Assembly (NCBI GenBank): GCA_964383705.1 | Contig: CAYLHJ010000006.1 | Location: 1-50,218 of the forward strand | Direction: 5' to 3' | Length of the DNA: 50,218 nt | From: an uncultured Candidatus Saccharibacteria bacterium | Lineage (GTDB): Bacteria > Patescibacteriota > Minisyncoccia > Phycocordibacterales > Zambryskibacteraceae | In this document: in pieces, positions 8,713-16,750 of the stretch | How the letters are laid out: every line of letters begins with the position of its first letter | Position numbering within the stretch: the first letter of the stretch is position 1 | Made by a program: the position numbers and the translations under genes | The notes under the pieces: generated by a model | What the model saw: only the letters and a program-made list of their open reading frames with translations | The model's database searches: none | Told to the model about the DNA's origin: nothing

Positions 8713-9570
8713 ATGAATAAATATGAAGTCCTTGCAACTGCTCCGTCGGAGGATTACGAACTTTTAGATAGTGGTTCGGGTTATAAACTTGAGAGATTTG
8801 GCAAGATTATTGTTTCCAGACCAGACCCTCAAGTTCTTTGGGATAAAAAATTTGGGAGTGATTGGCAAAAATCTCAGGCAAGCTTCGAAAAAAATTGGGT
8901 TGGAAGGAAAAACATTCCTGATGACTGGAAGATAAGATTCGGCGACCTCAGTTTTTCGCTTAAATTATCTTCATTTAAACATGTTGGTGTTTTTCCAGAG
9001 CAAGAAGAGAATTGGAAGTGGATAAAGAAGACAATTACTGATTCAAATCGCAATATTTCGGTTCTCAATCTGTTTGGTTACACTGGTGGAGCAACTCTTG
9101 CGGCGCTTTCATCCGGCGCAGAAGTTTGTCATGTAGATGGATCAAAAGTATCACTAAATTGGGCAAAAACAAATGTTCAATTGTCGGGTTTTTCTGATAA
9201 ACCTGTTCGCTTCATATTAGACGATGCTCTCTCTTTTGTTAAAAGGGAAGTTCGTAGGGGTAATAAGTACGATGCCATAATTATGGATCCGCCAGCATAT
9301 GGGCACGGCCCAAATGGAGAATTATGGAAAATCGAAGATAATTTATCAGAATTGCTCTCAAATTGCTATGATGTTTTATCTGAAAATCCACTTTTTATAT
9401 TAATGAGCGGCTATTCATCTGGTTATTCTGCTATTGGTTATGAAAACTGCCTTAAGGATTGCACCTTTCGTTTTGGTGGTTCTGTACATTCAGGGGAACT
9501 ATCTATTAGGGAATCAAGAACGGACAGGAGTTTGCCTGCCGGTATATTTGCGCGGTGGACGATTTCTTAG
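8713..9570 (+). CDS. Class I SAM-dependent methyltransferase (RlmI/RlmK-like)
   Basis: YELLDSG...KLERFG, VLNLFGYTGG, DPPAYG; start placed at ATG 8713 (8707 possible) because the upstream ORF extension crosses a terminator. Confidence 0.85.
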   Translation: MNKYEVLATAPSEDYELLDSGSGYKLERFGKIIVSRPDPQVLWDKKFGSDWQKSQASFEKNWVGRKNIPDDWKIRFGDLSFSLKLSSFKHVGVFPEQEENWKWIKKTITDSNRNISVLNLFGYTGGATLAALSSGAEVCHVDGSKVSLNWAKTNVQLSGFSDKPVRFILDDALSFVKREVRRGNKYDAIIMDPPAYGHGPNGELWKIEDNLSELLSNCYDVLSENPLFILMSGYSSGYSAIGYENCLKDCTFRFGGSVHSGELSIRESRTDRSLPAGIFARWTIS

Positions 9571-9597
9571 TGTAATGATAGGGAGCGGAGACCGTCT
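9571..9597 (+). promoter_or_regulatory. ECF-sigma-type promoter TGTAAT-N16-CGTCT
   Basis: Directly before the ECF sigma ATG; an identical motif and spacing occur at 39782-39808. Confidence 0.6.
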
Positions 9598-9600
9598 TCT

Positions 9601-10107
9601 ATGAAAGATCATAAACAACAAGAGAGTTTTTTAAAGGCATATGATGAGCTAGCCGATCAGCTTTTCCGGCATTGCTACTTCAGGATCTCGAATTATGAAG
9701 CGGCCTTGGATATGGTTCAAGACGGATTCTCAAAGACCTGGCAACATTTAGCTCAAGGTAATGAAGTTAGAAACTTTAAACCATTTCTTTACCAAGTCAT
9801 GAATCATCTCATTATAGATTATTATCGAAAATCAAAAAGCTCTTCGCTCGATAGTTTAATTGATGAAGGTTTTGATCCGAAAGACGCTTCGGTAGACATT
9901 GAGAAAGACGCTGAGTTTTCTCTTGTAGTTAGGTCACTTTCTTCTTTGAGCAAGGAAGATAAGGAAGTCGTCGTCTTGCGACACATAGACGGACTCTCAA
10001 TTGGTGAAATTTCGAAGTTTTTGGGAGAGTCTGAGAATGTTGTTTCCGTCAGACTCCACAGGGCTATAAAAAAACTTAAAAAAATATTGAGTCATGAAAA
10101 ACATTGA
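9601..10107 (+). CDS. ECF RNA polymerase sigma factor
   Basis: Region 2 (D.VQD.F.K.W; FLYQ...HLIIDYYRK) and region 4 (LS..EIS..LG.S...V..RLHRA). Confidence 0.92.
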   Translation: MKDHKQQESFLKAYDELADQLFRHCYFRISNYEAALDMVQDGFSKTWQHLAQGNEVRNFKPFLYQVMNHLIIDYYRKSKSSSLDSLIDEGFDPKDASVDIEKDAEFSLVVRSLSSLSKEDKEVVVLRHIDGLSIGEISKFLGESENVVSVRLHRAIKKLKKILSHEKH

Positions 10108-11140
10108 AGATTTAATTTCAAAAATATCGAAGACTGTTTCCATGTCTAAGCTAGACAAGGAGCGTATTAGAAATGTTCTCATTTCTAATTTTGATGATGC
10201 ATCGATTCAAACACAAAAACAAATTCCATCCCCATTCTTTTCTCAGTGGCTAATGTTTTTTCATAGACACGCTATGAGCTCTGTTGTTGTAGCTATTTTA
10301 TTTTTGACTGGGACAACAAGTGTCTTGGCTGAAAAAGCTCTTCCTGGAAGCCCGCTATATTTCTTGAAGACGGGGGTAAATGAAGAAGTTCGGGGCTGGT
10401 TTTCGGTATCAGATTATGAAAAAGCCGAATGGCAAGTTGAATTGGCCGAGCGCAGGCTCAATGAAGCTGAGATAATATCTCAAAAACCAAATATCTCTTC
10501 TAAGATCAGAGAGGAGCATAAGAGAGCTGTTGATTTGCAAGTACTAACAGCGAATGAAAATGCTGAGTCCCTTGAAAAAAAAGATGAAGACTTGTCTCAG
10601 GCAACTTTTTTGGCAAATGAAGAGCCGGCAGCTTCAGAGGGATTGAGCAAGAAATCCTCGGAATTCAAAGGTGATATGAGCCAGCCTTCTGTTGAAGCGG
10701 GTTTAGTATTAAAGAAGGCTGATTTTGTTGCGACCTCTTCTCCAGAGGAAATGAATAAGACTCGTCAATCATATCGAGAAAAAATCACTTCACTTCATAA
10801 AGAGTTAACTCATTTGAGAAAAGAAATAAAGTCAGATCCTAAAAGTTTACGATTTGAAGCGAGATTGCTTTTTGCACAAAAACTTTTCCTAGAGTCACTT
10901 AGTGATGATATATCAGATGAAGAGAGTGAAGAGAAATCAAGGATTATCAATGAGATTATAGTTGATACGGAAAGCTACATTGGCAATGTTAGAGAAATCT
11001 TTAATTCAGAAATAGAAGATCCTGTTTTTGAAGAAAATCAATTCAATAGAGATGATTCTGATAAAGATAGATCTGACGACAGTAAAGACATTGATTCAGA
11101 CAAGGAGGAAGATATTAAGGAAAGAGTGTTTGAAGATTAG
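10094..11140 (+). CDS. DUF5667-like single-TM protein, putative anti-sigma partner
   Basis: Overlaps the sigma gene; TM then ALPG.PLY.LK..VNE, AERRL.EA; acidic tail. Confidence 0.7.
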   Translation: MKNIEDLISKISKTVSMSKLDKERIRNVLISNFDDASIQTQKQIPSPFFSQWLMFFHRHAMSSVVVAILFLTGTTSVLAEKALPGSPLYFLKTGVNEEVRGWFSVSDYEKAEWQVELAERRLNEAEIISQKPNISSKIREEHKRAVDLQVLTANENAESLEKKDEDLSQATFLANEEPAASEGLSKKSSEFKGDMSQPSVEAGLVLKKADFVATSSPEEMNKTRQSYREKITSLHKELTHLRKEIKSDPKSLRFEARLLFAQKLFLESLSDDISDEESEEKSRIINEIIVDTESYIGNVREIFNSEIEDPVFEENQFNRDDSDKDRSDDSKDIDSDKEEDIKERVFED

Positions 11141-11179
11141 TATAGAAAAATCTATTACTAACCATATATTATAAATAGG

Positions 11180-11818
11180 ATGGAATTCTTAAGTACACAC
11201 TATCGACTCTTTATTTTAAACTTGATTTCTATTTCGACATTTATCTTCCTTTCTTTTATTGTTTTTACTTCCTATAGCCCGATTCCTTTTGATGTTTGGG
11301 CTTATGAAAATCGTTCATTTTTAGAGAGTACAACTTTGACTAATTTAATGATTGGTGTAAGTAATGTTTTTGACCCTATAGTTTTATCTATTTTAGTTGT
11401 TATCTTATTTTTCTTTTTGATATTTATTAGTAGAAAAGAAAATGCATACCTATTTCTATTTTCTATCTTCGGAGGTCTTTCATCTGTTTTTATCTCAAAA
11501 AAATTTTTTGCTATTGAGAGGCCGTTGGGTGATGTCATTGTTTCTGGGAGTAGTTTCCCCAGTGGTCATGCGACAATTGCCGCAATTTTTTTTCTTACTA
11601 TTCTCTTTACTTTAGATCATAACATTAAAAGTAGAACTCTTAATTTTCTTCTGGCGTTGGTTGCATTTGGGGCTGTGTTCTTGACTGGACTTAGCAGAGT
11701 TTATCTTGGAGTTCATTGGATAAGTGATGTTTTGGCCGGTTTTGCTCTGGGGGTGTTTTGGCTAAGCTTTTCTTTTATAATTTTTTATTTTATTCGATTT
11801 AAATATAAACAATATTAA
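11180..11818 (+). CDS. PAP2 family phosphatase (undecaprenyl-PP phosphatase-like)
   Basis: K......RP, SFPSGH, SRVYLGVHW.SD motifs. Confidence 0.9.
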   Translation: MEFLSTHYRLFILNLISISTFIFLSFIVFTSYSPIPFDVWAYENRSFLESTTLTNLMIGVSNVFDPIVLSILVVILFFFLIFISRKENAYLFLFSIFGGLSSVFISKKFFAIERPLGDVIVSGSSFPSGHATIAAIFFLTILFTLDHNIKSRTLNFLLALVAFGAVFLTGLSRVYLGVHWISDVLAGFALGVFWLSFSFIIFYFIRFKYKQY

Positions 11819-11874
11819 GTAAGAAAAGATGTTATAATTCGTCACAAATAAGCGATAATAGATAATTAATTTAT

Positions 11875-12648
11875 ATGGAAAAAATTCAAAAGTATGTTCC
11901 GCCTTTGTTTGTCATCCTGTCAGTTTTTTTAGTTGTTTTAACAATAAATGCTCTAAAAGCCAACCAGTATATAGGCGGTGAAGGCGTGCCACAGAATGTT
12001 ATAACAGTGAGTGGTGACAGCGAAGTTTTTTCTCCTCCAGATGTTGCCAATTTCACATTCAGTGTTGTTGAGGTCGGAAAAACAAATAAAGAAGCTCAGA
12101 CAAAAGTGACAGAAAAAATGGATAAAGCCTTAAAGGCAATAAAAGATCTTGGAATTGAAGATAAGGATGTAAGGACCGTGGATTACAGCGCATACCCGAA
12201 GTATGAATATAGTAATTCCATTTGCACGCAGTTTAGTTGTCCGCCATCTCGGCAGACAATTGTTGGCTATGAAGTTAGTCAGACCATTTCTGTAAAAGTT
12301 CGAAATGTGGATGATGCTGGAAAAGTTATAGATGCTGCAACCTCAGCTGGGGCATCGAATGTCAGCGGTCTTTCTTACAGTGTCGATGAACCAGAAGAAC
12401 TTGAACGCCAGGCCCGAAAGCAGGCGATAGATGAAGCTAAGGCGAAAGCCGAAGTGTTAGCAAAAGATCTTGGCGTTCGTCTTGTTCGCATTGTTAATTT
12501 CTCCGAAAATGGTAATTACCCAATTCCATTTTATAAGGCAGAGCTCGGTATGGGTGGAGCCGATGCTGTTTCTCAACCGGTGCCTAGTCTTCCAACCGGA
12601 GAAAATAAGATTACTTCAAGCGTTACAATTACTTACGAGATTCGTTAG
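11875..12648 (+). CDS. SIMPL (DUF541) domain protein
   Basis: ITVSG..EV...PDVA, AIDEAKAKA..LA..LG, GE.KI.SSV.ITY. Confidence 0.88.
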   Translation: MEKIQKYVPPLFVILSVFLVVLTINALKANQYIGGEGVPQNVITVSGDSEVFSPPDVANFTFSVVEVGKTNKEAQTKVTEKMDKALKAIKDLGIEDKDVRTVDYSAYPKYEYSNSICTQFSCPPSRQTIVGYEVSQTISVKVRNVDDAGKVIDAATSAGASNVSGLSYSVDEPEELERQARKQAIDEAKAKAEVLAKDLGVRLVRIVNFSENGNYPIPFYKAELGMGGADAVSQPVPSLPTGENKITSSVTITYEIR

Positions 12649-12656
12649 CAAGGAAT

Positions 12657-12691
12657 AAAAAGACACCCCCTAGCTATAGGGGGTGTCTTTT
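12657..12691 (+). terminator. Intrinsic terminator
   Basis: AAAAGACACCCCCTA-GCTA-TAGGGGGTGTCTTTT. Confidence 0.85.
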
Positions 12692-12695
12692 AGTT

Positions 12696-12724
12696 TTGAC
12701 AAGTCTTTAAAAGGGGTATATTAT
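12696..12724 (+). promoter_or_regulatory. Sigma70 promoter of secE-nusG-rplK
   Basis: TTGACA-N17-TATTAT. Confidence 0.7.
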
Positions 12725-12765
12725 CTGGCTAAGTACGCCTGCGGGCGTTTTTTAATATCAAAGAT

Positions 12766-12945
12766 ATGAAAATTGTTGAATATATTCGAGATACGAAAGG
12801 TGAGTTGAAACATGTCTCATGGCCGACCCGTAGACAGGCCACAGCCTTTACTATGATTGTTATCGTATTGTCGCTTTCAGTTTCTATATATCTAGGTCTA
12901 CTTGATGCTTTGTTTTCCGAAATCTTGAAGCTTATCGTATCTTAA
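12766..12945 (+). CDS. secE: Preprotein translocase subunit SecE (59 aa; not in ORF track)
   Basis: MKIVEYIRDTKGELKHVSWPTRRQ...YLGLLD; ELK.VSWP motif, directly upstream of nusG. Confidence 0.92.
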   Translation: MKIVEYIRDTKGELKHVSWPTRRQATAFTMIVIVLSLSVSIYLGLLDALFSEILKLIVS

Positions 12946-12972
12946 TAAATATTTTGTTCTTTTCTTAACTAT

Positions 12973-13518
12973 ATGTCCAAGCAAAAAATTCAAGAAGGTA
13001 GAAATTGGTATGTTATCCATACTTATGCAGGATATGAAAATGCGGTTATGAGAAATCTCAAGCAACGCATTGAGTCTCTTGGTATGGAGGATAAAATCTT
13101 TAATGTTATTGTCCCAACCGAAAAGAAAATAAAGATAAAAGGTGGTAAACGTGTAGAGGAGGAAGAGAAGATATATCCAGGTTATATTCTAGTTGACATG
13201 ATGGTGACTGATGATTCTTGGTATGTTGTCAGGAATACTCCTAGGGTTACTGGTTTTGTTGGTTCCGGAGTTTATCCTGTGCCTATTGATAAAAAAGAGG
13301 TTGATAATCTTTTTGCTAGGATGAATGCTGGAAAAGTTATGCATGCTGTTGATTTTGGGGTTGATGATGCGGTCATGATTATTGACGGCCCATTTAAGGA
13401 TTTGGAGGGAAAGGTTAAGGAGGTTGATGAGGCGCGAGGCAAGGTTAAAGTGCTTGTTTCTATGTTTGGTCGTGAAACTCCAGTTGAGCTTGATTTCTTG
13501 CAAATTAAGAAGATATAA
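12973..13518 (+). CDS. nusG: Transcription termination/antitermination factor NusG
   Basis: WYVIHTY.GYE, YPGYILV, VRNTP.VTGFVG, KOW domain MFGRETPVEL. Confidence 0.97.
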   Translation: MSKQKIQEGRNWYVIHTYAGYENAVMRNLKQRIESLGMEDKIFNVIVPTEKKIKIKGGKRVEEEEKIYPGYILVDMMVTDDSWYVVRNTPRVTGFVGSGVYPVPIDKKEVDNLFARMNAGKVMHAVDFGVDDAVMIIDGPFKDLEGKVKEVDEARGKVKVLVSMFGRETPVELDFLQIKKI

Positions 13519-13538
13519 AGTAGTCTGTTTTACACTAT

Positions 13539-13964
13539 ATGGCCAAAAAGATAACTAAAAAATTAAAGGTAGTTCTCCCAGCAGGGAAAGCCGTGCCAAC
13601 TCCACAAGTGGGCCCAGTTTTGGGTCAGGCAGGTATTAATATTGGAGAATTCATGAAGCAGTTCAACGATGCTACTCGTGAAATGATGGGGGAAACTATT
13701 CCTGCAGAAATTTCTGTTTATGAAGATAGAACTTTCACTTTTATTTTGAAGACTCCTCCAGCCTCAAGTCTGATACTTAAAGCTATTGGGCAAGAAAAAG
13801 GTTCTGGTAAGAATGTTGCAAATAAAGTCGGTAAGATTTCTAAATCTCAACTTAAGGAGATTGCTGAAAGAAAAATGCCAGATTTAAATGCTAATGATGT
13901 AGATGCTGCGATTAATATTATTGCCGGCTCGGCTCGCTCAATGGGAGTTGATGTGAAAGAGTAA
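13539..13964 (+). CDS. rplK: 50S ribosomal protein L11
   Basis: AGKA.P.P.VGP.LGQ.G.NI, KTPPAS, K.PDLNA. Confidence 0.97.
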   Translation: MAKKITKKLKVVLPAGKAVPTPQVGPVLGQAGINIGEFMKQFNDATREMMGETIPAEISVYEDRTFTFILKTPPASSLILKAIGQEKGSGKNVANKVGKISKSQLKEIAERKMPDLNANDVDAAINIIAGSARSMGVDVKE

Positions 13965-14120
13965 TAGGGCCTCTATTTAGATATTGAGATAATTCATTTT
14001 TGTGTTCCAATTTTAATATTCACATAAATTGTTAGTATTACACAGGTATTTAACAGTATTTCCACCATCTTATTCCAATTTACTTATTGACTATTTCAAT
14101 AGTAGTAAGAGAATTTAACC

Positions 14121-14293
14121 GAGGCTTGGTCTTAACGAAGGGGAATCTTTAAAAAATACATAATTAGTTCTTCTGTATTTAAGATGTTATGAGCATCTTA
14201 ATCGAAGACAAAAATAATAAAAAGAAGTTTTCCTCCTTCTTTTAATGAACAAGCTGGAAAGGCCAGAAAGGCACCGCAAGCGGGCCTTTTTGG
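14121..14293 (+). ncRNA. Candidate 6S-like rod-shaped RNA with 3' terminator
   Basis: Nested complementary arms around an A-rich central bubble; TTGACT-N16-GAGAAT upstream; GC hairpin at 14263-14293. Confidence 0.45.
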
Positions 14294-14344
14294 TATATGG
14301 GATTTTGTAGTTTGTCGTATGTATGCTATTACTAATCTATATTC

Positions 14345-15058
14345 ATGAAGTCTTCAGAAAAATCTCAATTGGTGAAAAATATAGTGAGTGGCAGTCTCCG
14401 TTTCGAGGATAGATATGTTGCAGATAAAACGGTTCTTAGTGGAGTAGTAAAAATTCTTAAAGATGCAGGGTATCGGGTAGTTCTTACTCAAGGAGTATAC
14501 GATCTTTTCCATACGGGGCACAAACGATATCTTGAAAATGCAAAGGGGGAGGGTGATATTCTTATTGTAGGTGTTGATAGTGATGAGTTAACAAGGAAGC
14601 GCAAGGGTCCAGGAAGACCTTTTGACACGCTAAGCGACCGACTCGAGATTCTTTCTGGTATGAGAGCTATTGATATTCTTACTGTAAGGAATCATGATGA
14701 GCATATGTATGATTTGATCAAGTTAGTCAAACCAGACGTGCTCATAATGTCCCAAACAACAGAAGATTTTAAAGAAAAGGATCGTTTGAGCCTATTGAAA
14801 TATTGCGGTGAAATAAAAGTTCTTCCCTCTCAGTCATCAACTACGACTACTGCAAAGGTGAGACGAATGATGACGGGGGGCGCGGAACAATTGGGTCGGA
14901 GAGTCACAGACCTTATTAATGAATTCCTTAAAGGTATAAATAATACTAATGAAATTAGCAATCCTTTATCTTCCGGTTCTACACAAAGGACACCTAGAAT
15001 TTTGTCAAAAGCAAAAGCCAGACACTCTCTTCGTTCTAGGAAGAAGTCTAATAAATGA
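14345..15058 (+). CDS. Cytidylyltransferase family (RfaE-II/TagD-like) protein
   Basis: TQGVYDLFHTGH (HxGH), LIVGVDSD, KG.GRP, R.EIL, TTT tail. Confidence 0.85.
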   Translation: MKSSEKSQLVKNIVSGSLRFEDRYVADKTVLSGVVKILKDAGYRVVLTQGVYDLFHTGHKRYLENAKGEGDILIVGVDSDELTRKRKGPGRPFDTLSDRLEILSGMRAIDILTVRNHDEHMYDLIKLVKPDVLIMSQTTEDFKEKDRLSLLKYCGEIKVLPSQSSTTTTAKVRRMMTGGAEQLGRRVTDLINEFLKGINNTNEISNPLSSGSTQRTPRILSKAKARHSLRSRKKSNK

Positions 15059-15779
15059 GTTTCCTATTTTAGAACGTGATATAAGGGCACTAGATCCAGA
15101 TCTTGTTCTCATTCAAGCTCGATCTCTTAATCTTGCCCGAGAGATAAAGATTTTAGAAAAAGATAACATAAAAAATATTTCAAATACTGATGATGTGGTT
15201 GTTTCTGACGATGATGTAATGAGAGAGGTCTCTGAGAAATATCTAAAAAACAAGAAGGTTTCCTTTGACGATACGTTTTTACGTTGGAATAAGATGAATG
15301 CAATAACTAAGACTCCACCAAAAGAAGATGAAGTTATTTCCGAGGATTATTTTGATAAGGAGATGATTGAGATTGCCGAGAAAGAGTCCCAAAAGAGCTC
15401 TGACTGGTGGCGACACGTTGGTTCTGTTTTAATAAAAAATAAAAAGCCGATTTTGATTGGTTTCAATAAACATTTTCCCACAGAGCATTCCCAATACATT
15501 GATGGCGACCCCAGAGCTAATTTTGATGCAGGTGATTCTCGTATTGTTGATGTTGTTGTATCCCAGCACGGTGAAGCTTCAATAATTTCTGAAGCTGCAA
15601 ATAGGGGCATAGCAACAAAAGGAACTTCGCTTTACATAACTACTTTTCCTTGTCCGACTTGTGCAATGCTCATTGCACAGGCGGGAATAGAAAAAGTTTA
15701 TTATCGAGATGGCTATTCTCTTCTTGATGCTCAAAGAATTTTAAAAGAATCGGGGGTTGCTTTAATAAGGGTAATGTAA
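14949..15779 (+). CDS. Deoxycytidylate (dCMP) deaminase with extra N-terminal domain
   Basis: S.DWWRHVG, HGE, PCPTC zinc motif, GI.KVYY; N-terminal PVLHKGH. Confidence 0.82.
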   Translation: MKLAILYLPVLHKGHLEFCQKQKPDTLFVLGRSLINEFPILERDIRALDPDLVLIQARSLNLAREIKILEKDNIKNISNTDDVVVSDDDVMREVSEKYLKNKKVSFDDTFLRWNKMNAITKTPPKEDEVISEDYFDKEMIEIAEKESQKSSDWWRHVGSVLIKNKKPILIGFNKHFPTEHSQYIDGDPRANFDAGDSRIVDVVVSQHGEASIISEAANRGIATKGTSLYITTFPCPTCAMLIAQAGIEKVYYRDGYSLLDAQRILKESGVALIRVM

Positions 15780-15786
15780 AAAAACA

Positions 15787-15812
15787 GGCCGACCCTATGA
15801 AGGGTCGGCCTT
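15787..15812. terminator. Bidirectional terminator between convergent operons
   Basis: AGGCCGACCCT-ATGA-AGGGTCGGCCT flanked by A- and T-runs. Confidence 0.7.
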
Positions 15813-16748
15813 TGGAATCTGTGGGATGTTGGAGTATCCCGAGAAGAACTTTATGGGCTCTGCACCAATGTTTGGGACGCCGATTTGCACATGGATGTGT
15901 CGAACTGACGCACCGGAGCGAATTGGCTCACCAAACCGCATGAGAAGTCCACCGCCCTCCACCTGAAATTGTTCCCGAATCCAAACGAGAACATCTCGGA
16001 GCTCTCCCATCTCAAATGGTGAGAGATTCTCTGGCAACTCTGCATGCCTGCGAAGAATTGCTATGAGGTGGACTTTGGTGCCTGGGTAGGGATACATACT
16101 TTCTGTGACAACCCAGTGGTCAAACTCACGGAGAATCGGCTTCGTGTGATTCCTTGGAAGGTTTTCGAGGCAGAACGGGCAGTAATCTTCATCCCGAATT
16201 CTCTCAAGCTCTTTCCTGTATGCTGGACTTCGAGCGTTTGCCGGCTCTACGTGTTTGACCTTTCGGCAGTACTTCTCCCACGTGAAATCTCTGTTGTTTC
16301 TCTCGTCTCGAAAACGATCCAAAGAGAATACAAGGTTCCAATCCTTCCATTCGATTTCTGGAAAGACTGCGTCTCCATACTCTACAGCATGAACTCTAGT
16401 AAGCCAGAGTTCGTCTGCATGAGGGAGTGCGAACCTGTAGACTTCAGTCCCGCCGATGACGAAAATGTCCTCATTGCGAGATCGCCCGAGTATTTCATCC
16501 CAAGAGTGGGCGGTTGTTACGGCCGCCTTGATGGGTTCAATTTGTCGCGTGAGCACGATGTTTTCTCTATCGGATAGTGGCCTGCCAATACGGCGGACGA
16601 TACCCTTGAAAGTTTCATGCCCCATGACAACCGCTATTCCCTTGGTTTGAAGCTTGAACCACTTAAGATCTTCCGGGAGTTTCCAAGGAAGATCTCCATT
16701 TCTGCCGATGATCTTGTTTGCGGACATGGCAGCGATGATCTTTAGCAT
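15795..16748 (-). CDS. folA: Dihydrofolate reductase fused to C-terminal HIT-family domain
   Basis: IG.NG.LPW.LPEDL.WFK, VMG..TF, RPL..R.N, VIGG.EVY, GD..FP; then CPFC...YPY...HIHVQ. Confidence 0.88.
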   Translation of the reverse strand: MLKIIAAMSANKIIGRNGDLPWKLPEDLKWFKLQTKGIAVVMGHETFKGIVRRIGRPLSDRENIVLTRQIEPIKAAVTTAHSWDEILGRSRNEDIFVIGGTEVYRFALPHADELWLTRVHAVEYGDAVFPEIEWKDWNLVFSLDRFRDERNNRDFTWEKYCRKVKHVEPANARSPAYRKELERIRDEDYCPFCLENLPRNHTKPILREFDHWVVTESMYPYPGTKVHLIAILRRHAELPENLSPFEMGELRDVLVWIREQFQVEGGGLLMRFGEPIRSGASVRHIHVQIGVPNIGAEPIKFFSGYSNIPQIPKADPS

Positions 16749-16750
16749 GG

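Noticed and set aside
12650-12765. tRNA-Trp upstream of secE, or tRNAs elsewhere
   Set aside because: No cloverleaf with T-loop/D-loop consensus found by eye
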